A stretch of 64,000 nucleotides of DNA from Candidatus Cloacimonadales bacterium (GTDB lineage: Bacteria; Cloacimonadota; Cloacimonadia; Cloacimonadales; JAFGVF01): NCBI GenBank assembly GCA_963667035.1, contig OY762964.1, positions 2,560,001 through 2,624,000 of the forward strand, given 5' to 3'. The position numbers were made by a program, and so were the translations under genes. This document shows, piece after piece, positions 9,292 to 17,626 of this stretch (position 1 is its first letter; every line of letters begins with the position of its first letter). A model generated the notes under the pieces. The model saw only the letters and a program-made list of their open reading frames with translations, did not search any database and was not told the DNA's origin.

Positions 9292-10893
9292 TTGAGCTTT
9301 TGTTATTTCTTCCAATGGAATTATTATTTCCCCTTGTTTCAAATTCGAATACTTTTTCTTACAAATCCTGTTACCTGAAATGTCAAATAAAGCAATTTCC
9401 ACATAGCTTGAATCATCAGTTAAGTACACCCTTAGTTTGCTTTCTAATAAAGATGTTACCGGATTAGGAAATACATAAGCTCCGCTTAAAGAAAAGTCAT
9501 ATCTTTTAATTTCTGACTCTAATCTGAGCTCCGGAACTACTGCTTTAATTTCTACAAATCCCTCCCCCATTGTTCTTATATGGGCATTAACATCTTCTGT
9601 TTTAATAGATTTAAAAGCAATATTATCAGAATTATAGACATCGATATGATATATAACCTTACTGGGATAAGGAACAGGGTCCCAAGACAACATCAACGAT
9701 GAGGAGTTTGTTCTTACAACAGGATTAGGGATTCTTAGGTTAATGTATTCCGGAGCATAGTAGCTGTTTAAGATCTTTCCCCAATGTGTTAATCTTTCAA
9801 ATTGTAGATTATAGTATCTTCCGTAGCTACTCTGAAGGTAACCTCTATAATCGGGAAACCAAATTATTCCGGTTCCCACATTGGGACTTTCCAATGTGGA
9901 AGAGTAAGCAATGAACGCATTCTCTACAGCTTCCAATAAACTGCTCTTTCCTATATCATTTAATCTCATTGCTAACTCTTTGATATCAACATCCATTGAC
10001 CTTGTATTAAAAACTCGCAGATCATCTCTGATGTTTATCCAATCTTCAGAATCAATTGTTTCATCTTCTACTAGCTCTTTAATACTATTGATGATTCCCG
10101 TTTCGAAATTATCACTCTTTACAACCGAACAAGTTACTTCAGGTGTATAACTATTAGGATTCTGACTACCCCCTGCCAAATATGAGTCTACATAGATTGT
10201 CGGTATTGCTTTCACAAATTCTTCAAAATCAGGAAAACTATCCCAAGCTGTAAAAAGGTCATCATAAGGCATTCCGTCAGCAGGTACATCATGAATAGAA
10301 CCAACTATGTAGTCAGCCTGCTCAAAAACTTCAGTTATTACTTCCACAGTCTGCATGTTACATGCATCCAGAACTAATAAATCAAGTTTTGGTATCTCTT
10401 CAAAGGTCTTTCTTAAATCTCCCTTAGAAACGTAAAACTTACTTTCTGACTCATCATCAGGACAAATGTACTTTGATTTGTAATAATCAAGTTCATCCCA
10501 TCCTTCCCCATGTGACCAGATAAAAACAGCTTTATGCTCTGCCGGATATCTGTCGAAACCCCACTCCATGAAATCAGCCAAGGTTCGCCAATCACCTGAA
10601 TCTATCTCTCCCAAACTTCTAATAACTCTTGAATTAATCCCTTCTTCTTCATCATGAATGATCTGGTATCTGAAAGCTCTATCATCTCCAAAATCATAAT
10701 CAGCAAAATCAGCCTGCACAATAACATTAATATTGTCAGGTATAAGAGCTCTCTCCATTTCATCAATGTCAGCTCTTGCAGCTTCAGTTAATCCGTTATC
10801 AGCAGCCATATAGACAAGAATTGTCCAATCAGCTTCTGCAAACAGAATTAATACAGCTAGAAACAGTAGAATTATCGTTAATTTTTTTATCAT
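9214..10893 (-). CDS. Secreted clostripain-family (C11) cysteine peptidase with C-terminal sorting-like domain
   Basis: WTILVYMAADNGL, WSHGEGW (His), LDACNM (Cys); signal peptide; C-terminal YVFPNPV..FDISG..STGNYFLTI. Confidence 0.88.
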   Translation of the reverse strand: MIKKLTIILLFLAVLILFAEADWTILVYMAADNGLTEAARADIDEMERALIPDNINVIVQADFADYDFGDDRAFRYQIIHDEEEGINSRVIRSLGEIDSGDWRTLADFMEWGFDRYPAEHKAVFIWSHGEGWDELDYYKSKYICPDDESESKFYVSKGDLRKTFEEIPKLDLLVLDACNMQTVEVITEVFEQADYIVGSIHDVPADGMPYDDLFTAWDSFPDFEEFVKAIPTIYVDSYLAGGSQNPNSYTPEVTCSVVKSDNFETGIINSIKELVEDETIDSEDWINIRDDLRVFNTRSMDVDIKELAMRLNDIGKSSLLEAVENAFIAYSSTLESPNVGTGIIWFPDYRGYLQSSYGRYYNLQFERLTHWGKILNSYYAPEYINLRIPNPVVRTNSSSLMLSWDPVPYPSKVIYHIDVYNSDNIAFKSIKTEDVNAHIRTMGEGFVEIKAVVPELRLESEIKRYDFSLSGAYVFPNPVTSLLESKLRVYLTDDSSYVEIALFDISGNRICKKKYSNLKQGEIIIPLEEITKAQLSTGNYFLTIRGNNLFKRVKLSFVK

Positions 10894-10906
10894 CTTCAGG
10901 TAAAGT

Positions 10907-10926
10907 AAAAGGGTGCTAACGCACCC
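10907..10926 (-). terminator. Probable terminator after buk
   Basis: GGGTGC-N4-GCACCC stem followed by a T run on the minus strand. Confidence 0.5.
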
Positions 10927-10950
10927 CTTAAACTATTTATTATAGAACGA

Positions 10951-12030
10951 TTACTCGCCGTAAATACCGGCTTCTTCTTCGCCTTTAAGAACTCGAACTG
11001 CACCTTGACTAAGAGCTTCCATCTCTTTTTCACCCGGGAAGAGATAGAAAGGAGCTAGGAATCCTGCTCTTTTCTTTATATTTTCAACTGTAAGCTCGTT
11101 ATAAACAAGACCACCGGTTAAGAAAATAGCGTCTATTTTGCCTTCAAGAACAGCAGCACAAGCACCAATCTCTTTTGCAACTTGATAACACATTGCGTCA
11201 AAGACAAGCTCAGCTTTTTTATCTCCGCTTTTGATTCTCTCAGCAATTTCAATGCCGCTATCTGTACCAAGATAAGCCATAAGTCCACCCTGCTTTGCAA
11301 GATAGCCTGTTAACTCTTTCTTTGTATATTCTCCGGAGTAAGCCATATCAAGTAAATCACCTATAGGAAGAGCTCCGGCTCTCTGTGGAGAGAAAGGTCC
11401 CATTCCGAGTAAAGCGTTATTTACATCAACTACTTTACCGTTCTTGATTGCTGCAACTGAAATACCTCCGCCCATGTGAACGCCTATCATGTTAGCTTCG
11501 CCAAATGGTTTTCCTAACTCTTCGGCAAGAAGTCTCACAATGTAACGAATATTCAATGCATGAAATAAAGACTGTCTTTCTATCTCAGGGATACCTGAGA
11601 TACGAGCAATCTCATCAAATTCATCAACCACAACTGGATCAACTATAAAAGAAGGGATTTCCAATTCCTTTGCAATTGAATCTGCAATATAAGCACCTAG
11701 ATTAGAAGCATGCACACGACCCCAATTAGTAGGATCTTTTAAGTGATCAAGCATAAGCTGATTAACAGAATAAGTACCACCTCTGAGTTTGTTCATCAGT
11801 CCACCGCGACCAACAACTGCTACAAGAGATTCAGGAGTTACGTTGTTCTCTTCCATTGCTTCGAGAACAAGCTTCTTTCTATAATCATACTGTTCGATTA
11901 TTCCACCAAACTTATCCAGTTCAACCGGGTCATGGCGTAATGTCTTCGTGAAAACAGGGGTTTTATCATCGTAAACAGCGATTTTAGTTGATGTAGAACC
12001 GGGATTAATTGCTAATACTCGGTAGTTCAT
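10951..12030 (-). CDS. buk: Butyrate kinase
   Basis: INPGSTSTK, HASNLG, FHALN, HMGGGISV, GPFSPQRAG motifs. Confidence 0.95.
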   Translation of the reverse strand: MNYRVLAINPGSTSTKIAVYDDKTPVFTKTLRHDPVELDKFGGIIEQYDYRKKLVLEAMEENNVTPESLVAVVGRGGLMNKLRGGTYSVNQLMLDHLKDPTNWGRVHASNLGAYIADSIAKELEIPSFIVDPVVVDEFDEIARISGIPEIERQSLFHALNIRYIVRLLAEELGKPFGEANMIGVHMGGGISVAAIKNGKVVDVNNALLGMGPFSPQRAGALPIGDLLDMAYSGEYTKKELTGYLAKQGGLMAYLGTDSGIEIAERIKSGDKKAELVFDAMCYQVAKEIGACAAVLEGKIDAIFLTGGLVYNELTVENIKKRAGFLAPFYLFPGEKEMEALSQGAVRVLKGEEEAGIYGE

Positions 12031-12303
12031 TCAATTCCTCCATTCATTTTTATTGATTTTTGCCAAGTTAGAAAATTACCTTACGAAGGTCAATAATTTT
12101 ATCTTTATCGGACAAACACTGAATAATCACCTCTGTTATTTTGAGAATATTGTACTATTCTAAAGTACATATTCATTTTTTATCTCATCAATTATCAAGT
12201 AGTTAAGTGAATATGAACTTTCTAATTTACGAGTCGTGATAACTTGATGATATACAGATTTAGAGGATGGGTAATGGAAATTGCCGATAGCTTTAAAAGA
12301 GTT

Positions 12304-12334
12304 AAGCCTATCGATAAACACCGATAGGCTTTTT
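12304..12334. terminator. Terminator-like hairpin downstream of the ferredoxin gene
   Basis: AAGCCTATCG-N8-CGATAGGCTT. Confidence 0.6.
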
Positions 12335-12343
12335 GTTATTACT

Positions 12344-12517
12344 CTATGCTTTTCTGAAAGCAGGACATGTTCTAATACATTTCCCGCAATCAATGCACTT
12401 ATCCTGATCTATAGTAGGTGCATTAAATCCGTTTTGCTTTATAGCATTAACCGGACATATCCTTTTTGTAGGACAAAAGTGATTCTGTGGGCAGAATTCT
12501 TTAATCACTTTAATCAT
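12344..12517 (-). CDS. Small 4Fe-4S ferredoxin-like protein
   Basis: Start reassigned to MIKVIKEF (AGGAG RBS); CPQNHFC..CP and CIDCGKCIRTCP motifs. Confidence 0.85.
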   Translation of the reverse strand: MIKVIKEFCPQNHFCPTKRICPVNAIKQNGFNAPTIDQDKCIDCGKCIRTCPAFRKA

Positions 12518-12746
12518 CGCTATTCTCCTTATTTTCTTGAACGTTTTGTAACAGCATGTTAGCAAAACTTTCAAGTTTATCAGCTTTTATAATAGTAATA
12601 CCTTTGTTTTTATCACCAAGAACTATCAGAGAGTCACCTGCCTGAATATTGAAATAATCTCTGGCTTTTTTAGGAATGACTATCTGTCCTCTTTCTCCAA
12701 CTTTAACTGTTCCACAAATACAAGCTCCATCTTTGAATTCTATCAT
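12510..12746 (-). CDS. AbrB/MazE/SpoVT-family DNA-binding protein
   Basis: GTVKVGERGQIVIPKKARDYFNIQAGD signature. Confidence 0.9.
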   Translation of the reverse strand: MIEFKDGACICGTVKVGERGQIVIPKKARDYFNIQAGDSLIVLGDKNKGITIIKADKLESFANMLLQNVQENKENSDD

Positions 12747-12755
12747 GATTACCTC

Positions 12756-15182
12756 CTAAATAAACAGATTTGAACTAGCTTTCTCTGCTTCTCCTAAGTA
12801 TGAAGCAACACCTGCATATTCAATTCCATCAATAAGTTCATCTTTGGTTATGCCTAATACGTCCATAGACATTGTACAGGCAATAATCTTTCCTCCATTT
12901 TTAAGGAAACTAGCGAGATGAGTATCAAGACTATCCACGTTCTTTTCCTGCATTATGGACTTCATTAGGGCTGTTCCCATTCCACCCATATTCATTTTCG
13001 AAATCTTAAGTTCATCAACTCCTTCAGGCATCATTGCTCCAAACATCTTCTCAAGTAATGGTTTCTTAACTCTAGTTCCTTTTCTCCTTAATGCATTAAG
13101 TCCCCAGAAAGTGAAGAAGAGAGTTACATCTTTCCCCATAGCAAGAGCACCATTTGCAATAATCATCGAAGCAAGAACTTTATCCAAATCACCGCTAAAT
13201 ACAACAATTGTCTGACCATTTTTTTCGACCGTTAATCCTATATTCTTTGTCCTACCTGTTCCTTTCTGAAGAATGGCAGTAACGATTCCATTTTCAAAAC
13301 TTGTTTCGATTACTTGATTACCAGTGCTATCCGCCCAATGATAGACATCTTTCTTAAAACCGGGGTCACTTGCCTTAACCTCTAAAAGCTGTCCATTATC
13401 CAAAGTCTCCATAGCTTCCTTAGTTTTCATTATGGGACCGGGACATTGTAAACCACAAGCATCAAGCTCTATACGTTTACTTATATCAATTGTTTTCTCT
13501 ATATATTCTTTGTTTTTCTTCGCAGCAACTTCTTTAGGCTCAAAACTTGAAAAAGCATATTTATAGAGCTTATATCCACCTATCAAGTTGCGTACATTTA
13601 AGCCATATTGTTTAAGGATTCTGAAAGCAATATATCCTCTATGCCCCATAGCACAATATACGATGTACTCTTTGTCTTTATCAAGTTCGTTAATCCTGCT
13701 TCTGATGTCATTAAGTTCAATATGGATATCGTTATCTATATGACCTAAAGAGCGTTCAGCAGATGTTCTAATATCAAGTATTTGAACCTTGTCTTTTATC
13801 TCTGCCAATTCCTTCCACGTAATTGATTCTTCCATCCCTAACTTACGATTCTCAGCCATGTATCCTAATATATTAACAGGATCTTTAGCTGAATTGAAAG
13901 GAGGAGCATATGCAACCTCTATATCTTGTAAGTCCCAAGCTTTCAAATTACCTTTAATCGCAGTTGCTAACACATCAATACGCTTATCTACCCCATCAAT
14001 ACCGAATCCCTGTGCTCCAAGAATTGTACCGTCTTCTGCATAATGTAATTTGAGCATCATCGGAAGAGCTCCCGGATAGTATCCGGCATGATTGTTTCTG
14101 GTTGCTACTACAGTATTGTACTTTATGCCTGCTTTATCAAGGTTCCAGGCGTTTAATCCTGTTGATGCTCCGGTATAATCAAAAACCTTCAGTATAGATG
14201 TACCAAGCTGTGGACTGAATTTCTTGTCCATACCACAGATATTATCGGCACAAAGTCTTCCCTGTCTGTTAGCTCCCCATGCCAAGGGAACAAGTACAGG
14301 TTTGTTTCTTATCTTACATGTAACCTGTATTGCATCACCTACAGCATAGATATCGGGATCTGATGTAAGAAGATTCTCATTAACTACAATAGCCCCTTTA
14401 TGTCCAATTTCCAGATCGGCATCGATAGCAAGTTTACTCTCGGGTATAACACCGATCGAGAGGATAACAAGCTGTGCTTCTAGGTTTGAGTCATCATCCA
14501 ATACTACTTTTACACCATTAGGAACTTCTTCAAAGCCAACAACCGATGTTTCCATGTATATCTTGATTCCGTGGTCAGCCAATTGCTCGTGTGCCATCTG
14601 AGCGAAATCCCAGTCGAATTGACCTAATATCTGAGGAGCTCTCTCTACAATTGCTACATCTATGCCTCTCTCAAAAAGATTCTCTGCTGTTTCCACACCA
14701 ATGAACCCACCGCCAACGACGAGAGCTTTCTTAACTTTATGTGTATTGATATATTCAATGATTCCATCCATATCACTCATATTTCTAAGTGAATGAACTC
14801 TTCTGGAGTTTATACCCGGCAAATCCGGTATGAAAGGAACTGAGCCCGGAGAAAGCACAAGTTTATCGTATGATTCTTCATACTCAACGCCAGTGTTGAG
14901 ATTCTTAAGGATAACTGTTCTCTTCTCTCTGTCTATTTTTACAGCTTCAGTTTCAACCCTGATATCAACATTGAATTTCTGTTCTAAACCCTGCTCTGTT
15001 TCAACAAGCAGATTTTCTCTATTTTTAATTACCCCACCGATATGGTATGGTAAACCACAATTTGCAAAACTGATGTATTTACCTCTTTCAACCATAACGA
15101 TTTCAGCCTTCTCATCAAGACGTCTCAAACGAGCTAAAGTACTCGCTCCACCTGCGACACCACCAATAATTAGAACTTTCAT
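12756..15182 (-). CDS. CoA-disulfide reductase-like flavoprotein fused to rhodanese, TusA/SirA and DsrE2-like domains
   Basis: GGVAGG, SFANCGLPY, GGGFIG, YAPPF; rhodanese VYCAMGHRG; TusA LDACGLQCPGPI; DsrE FFTFWGL..ACTMSMD. Confidence 0.92.
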   Translation of the reverse strand: MKVLIIGGVAGGASTLARLRRLDEKAEIVMVERGKYISFANCGLPYHIGGVIKNRENLLVETEQGLEQKFNVDIRVETEAVKIDREKRTVILKNLNTGVEYEESYDKLVLSPGSVPFIPDLPGINSRRVHSLRNMSDMDGIIEYINTHKVKKALVVGGGFIGVETAENLFERGIDVAIVERAPQILGQFDWDFAQMAHEQLADHGIKIYMETSVVGFEEVPNGVKVVLDDDSNLEAQLVILSIGVIPESKLAIDADLEIGHKGAIVVNENLLTSDPDIYAVGDAIQVTCKIRNKPVLVPLAWGANRQGRLCADNICGMDKKFSPQLGTSILKVFDYTGASTGLNAWNLDKAGIKYNTVVATRNNHAGYYPGALPMMLKLHYAEDGTILGAQGFGIDGVDKRIDVLATAIKGNLKAWDLQDIEVAYAPPFNSAKDPVNILGYMAENRKLGMEESITWKELAEIKDKVQILDIRTSAERSLGHIDNDIHIELNDIRSRINELDKDKEYIVYCAMGHRGYIAFRILKQYGLNVRNLIGGYKLYKYAFSSFEPKEVAAKKNKEYIEKTIDISKRIELDACGLQCPGPIMKTKEAMETLDNGQLLEVKASDPGFKKDVYHWADSTGNQVIETSFENGIVTAILQKGTGRTKNIGLTVEKNGQTIVVFSGDLDKVLASMIIANGALAMGKDVTLFFTFWGLNALRRKGTRVKKPLLEKMFGAMMPEGVDELKISKMNMGGMGTALMKSIMQEKNVDSLDTHLASFLKNGGKIIACTMSMDVLGITKDELIDGIEYAGVASYLGEAEKASSNLFI

Positions 15183-15247
15183 TAATGTCTCCTATAATAA
15201 TATTTTTGGAGCCAATCAGCAGAGCCTTGCGTATTCGTCAAGATAAA

Positions 15248-15261
15248 TATGATTTTTCATA
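15248..15261. promoter_or_regulatory. Candidate operator palindrome upstream of the reductase-abrB-ferredoxin operon
   Basis: TATGA-TTTT-TCATA, immediately upstream of a minus-strand TTGACG hexamer. Confidence 0.3.
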
Positions 15262-15299
15262 CTTATCATTTCTTGCACTTGTGTATTCAATTGCAGTGA

Positions 15300-15623
15300 T
15301 TAGTATTCGTAAGTGTTTCTGGGAGTGAGGAAATAGAATATAGCAGAGACTGCAACACAGAACGTGGTAAGGATGAAACTTAGAACCGATATGTATTGTA
15401 GGATTAGTATGAAATGAACAATAAAGAGGGCAGATGAAATAACTCCGGCAACTTTGGGTTGTTTTATTGATAAGATGGAAGCCACTATCAAACCTCCGGC
15501 AATTAGGTACTGTAAATAATGATAGATTATTAGTGTAGACTCACTATATTCCTCGCTAACAATGAATATAAATGAAACAATGCTAAAAAAGATTCCTAAT
15601 GTTGTTGTTTTGTGTACCTTCAT
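15300..15623 (-). CDS. Small membrane protein (about 4 TM segments), function unknown
   Basis: GAGG RBS; hydrophobic segments throughout. Confidence 0.65.
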   Translation of the reverse strand: MKVHKTTTLGIFFSIVSFIFIVSEEYSESTLIIYHYLQYLIAGGLIVASILSIKQPKVAGVISSALFIVHFILILQYISVLSFILTTFCVAVSAIFYFLTPRNTYEY

Positions 15624-15725
15624 AGTTACCTCGTATGATTACCATTAATATAAACAGTTAAAATCGATTGTCAATAATTAAATAATAGTTAGTAAGTTAA
15701 AAACATTAAAGGTAACTATATAAAA

Positions 15726-15748
15726 AAGCCCTGTACACTACAGGGCTT
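15726..15748. repeat. Left copy of IS1182 target duplication (complete terminator hairpin)
   Basis: AAGCCCTGTACACTACAGGGCTT, identical to 17411-17433. Confidence 0.9.
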
Positions 15749-17410
15749 CAGACCGTTTACAAACCCAGTTATGAAAATGACTGGGTTTTTACATTGTAAG
15801 TTTATTTCTGATTAGTTGAGTACAATATCAGGATAATGAGATTTAGCTCTATATTCGTCTAAACCAGAGCATATATTAACATAAAAAGCTAATAACATTG
15901 ATGCCACTTTCCCTGATATGCCATTGAAAAGGTATTTAACCAGTTTCTTTATGTTTTGAACTACTGATGTCATATATGCTTGTTCTCGAACTCGTTCTAT
16001 ACCTCGATATTTCGCATACCGATAACCATGAAGTTGCTTTGCATTTGCAAAGCTTCTCTCAATGGTTTCTTTTCGTTTTTTGTATATCTCTTTGCCACAA
16101 AAGGTTAACCTGTTTTTATGGATAATCTCTCTACTGTCTTCCCATACATGACGCATGATAACTTTTTGATGGTTCTTGCTCTCGGTGCATTTGTTAAGCA
16201 TTGGACAGTTTTTACAATAGCTACTCTCGGATGCATATTCATCATAACCGTTACGGTTTGTTGTTCGATATTTAAGCTCTTTCCCTTCTGGACAGATGTA
16301 TATGTCTCTATCTGAAATGAACTTAAAATCACGCTTCTTGAAAAGACCTTTTTTACCTCCAAGTCGACGATAACCTATTACTCCCATGATTCCCATATCT
16401 ACTAATTCTTTGCATATATTAGCTGTATCATACCCGGCATCAAGACCTACTGCCAGGACATCAAAACCAAAACGCTCTTGCTGCACTTTTAGCCTATCAA
16501 TATAGCAAGAACTGTCATTCACATTGCCGGCGGTAATATGAACATCTGTTATGAAGTTTACTTTAGGATCTACGGTTCTATGATCAAGATAGAAGAAACC
16601 TTGTGGTTTCTTGTCTCGCGTCATGAAACCACTGTCAGGATCTGTTTTACTAGACTTAATCTCTTTAACTTTGGGTGACGAACCGCCTTTAAAGTCATTG
16701 TCTTTAGGTGGGAGTGGCTTCTTACCGTGAGCTTTTCGGTTTTCATCCACTGTTTTATTTAGATCTTCAAGATAACTCTGAGGTGTGGTCTCTACTTTAA
16801 TTGATTCATATTTGCCTTTATTAGCATTAGCTTTCAGATGAGTTGAATCGCTATAAAGAACCTTGCCATCTACCAAACCATTCTCGATACCAAGTTTTAC
16901 AATATCAATGAAAATCTCTTCAAAAACAGTGCTATCAGTAAAGCGTCTGCGACGATTCTGGCTGAAGAGAGAATGACTCGGTATTTTATCAGTAAGCCCA
17001 TACCCTAAGAACCAGCGATATGCTACATTGACCTGAATCTCTCTGATTAGTTGTCGCTCAGAACGGATACCAAATAGATAACCAATAAAAAGCATTTTGA
17101 AGAAAGTTATGGGATGCACTGGGGGACGACCGTTGTCGGGGCAATACAAATGAGCAGTTCGGTCCATAATAAAACTAAAATCTATTACCCTGTCAATCTT
17201 GCGTAGAATATGATCTTCCGGGACAAGATCATCTATTATTACAAATTCCATTTGGGACTGTGTGTCAGAAACTTTTTTAAGCATAACCACCTCTAATTAT
17301 GATGGTTTAAGTATAAACTAAGGGGGTTTTTGTCAATGATTGATGTTCTTATTTTAAGCTAAAAAAAGACAAAGCTATGAAATCTTACTCATAGCTTTGT
17401 CAACAGTCTG
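15749..17410 (-). mobile_element. IS1182-family insertion sequence
   Basis: Imperfect terminal IRs CAGACCGTTTACAAA / TTTGTCAACAGTCTG, 23-bp direct repeats, single transposase ORF. Confidence 0.92.
15812..17290 (-). CDS. tnp: IS1182-family DDE transposase
   Basis: LVPEDHILRKID, GRPP, SERQL..YRWFLG, DSTH, DAGY, CPEG..C..CP....C, IERSFANAKQLHG. Confidence 0.93.
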   Translation of the reverse strand: MVMLKKVSDTQSQMEFVIIDDLVPEDHILRKIDRVIDFSFIMDRTAHLYCPDNGRPPVHPITFFKMLFIGYLFGIRSERQLIREIQVNVAYRWFLGYGLTDKIPSHSLFSQNRRRRFTDSTVFEEIFIDIVKLGIENGLVDGKVLYSDSTHLKANANKGKYESIKVETTPQSYLEDLNKTVDENRKAHGKKPLPPKDNDFKGGSSPKVKEIKSSKTDPDSGFMTRDKKPQGFFYLDHRTVDPKVNFITDVHITAGNVNDSSCYIDRLKVQQERFGFDVLAVGLDAGYDTANICKELVDMGIMGVIGYRRLGGKKGLFKKRDFKFISDRDIYICPEGKELKYRTTNRNGYDEYASESSYCKNCPMLNKCTESKNHQKVIMRHVWEDSREIIHKNRLTFCGKEIYKKRKETIERSFANAKQLHGYRYAKYRGIERVREQAYMTSVVQNIKKLVKYLFNGISGKVASMLLAFYVNICSGLDEYRAKSHYPDIVLN

Positions 17411-17626
17411 AAGCCCTGTACACTACAGGGCTTCAATATTTATACCTATGACAGTACTACTCGTCGATAACCTCAACATTAGCACGAGGTATGATAATTT
17501 TCTAGCCGTTATCAAGCTGTGTTTCAAGAATACGAGTCTATGTTTCGGACTGTACTTGAGTAAGTTTTTCAGGTAATCCTGAATCTTACCAATACTACCA
17601 AAGTTTGGCTGTCTGATAACATGGAT
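17411..17626 (-). repeat. Degenerate direct repeat of the 3' end and terminator of the 26967-28097 gene (matches 26921-27137)
   Basis: Colinear match, e.g. GTACTACTCGTCGATAACCTCAACATTAGCACGAGGTAT identical in both. This copy has an in-frame TAG and a 1-nt deletion (CCTGAATC vs CCTGTAATC). Confidence 0.92.

Noticed and set aside
12160..12562. ORFs 12160-12393 (-) and 12281-12562 (+)
   Set aside because: They overlap the ferredoxin gene and a terminator hairpin, with no RBS or recognisable motif.
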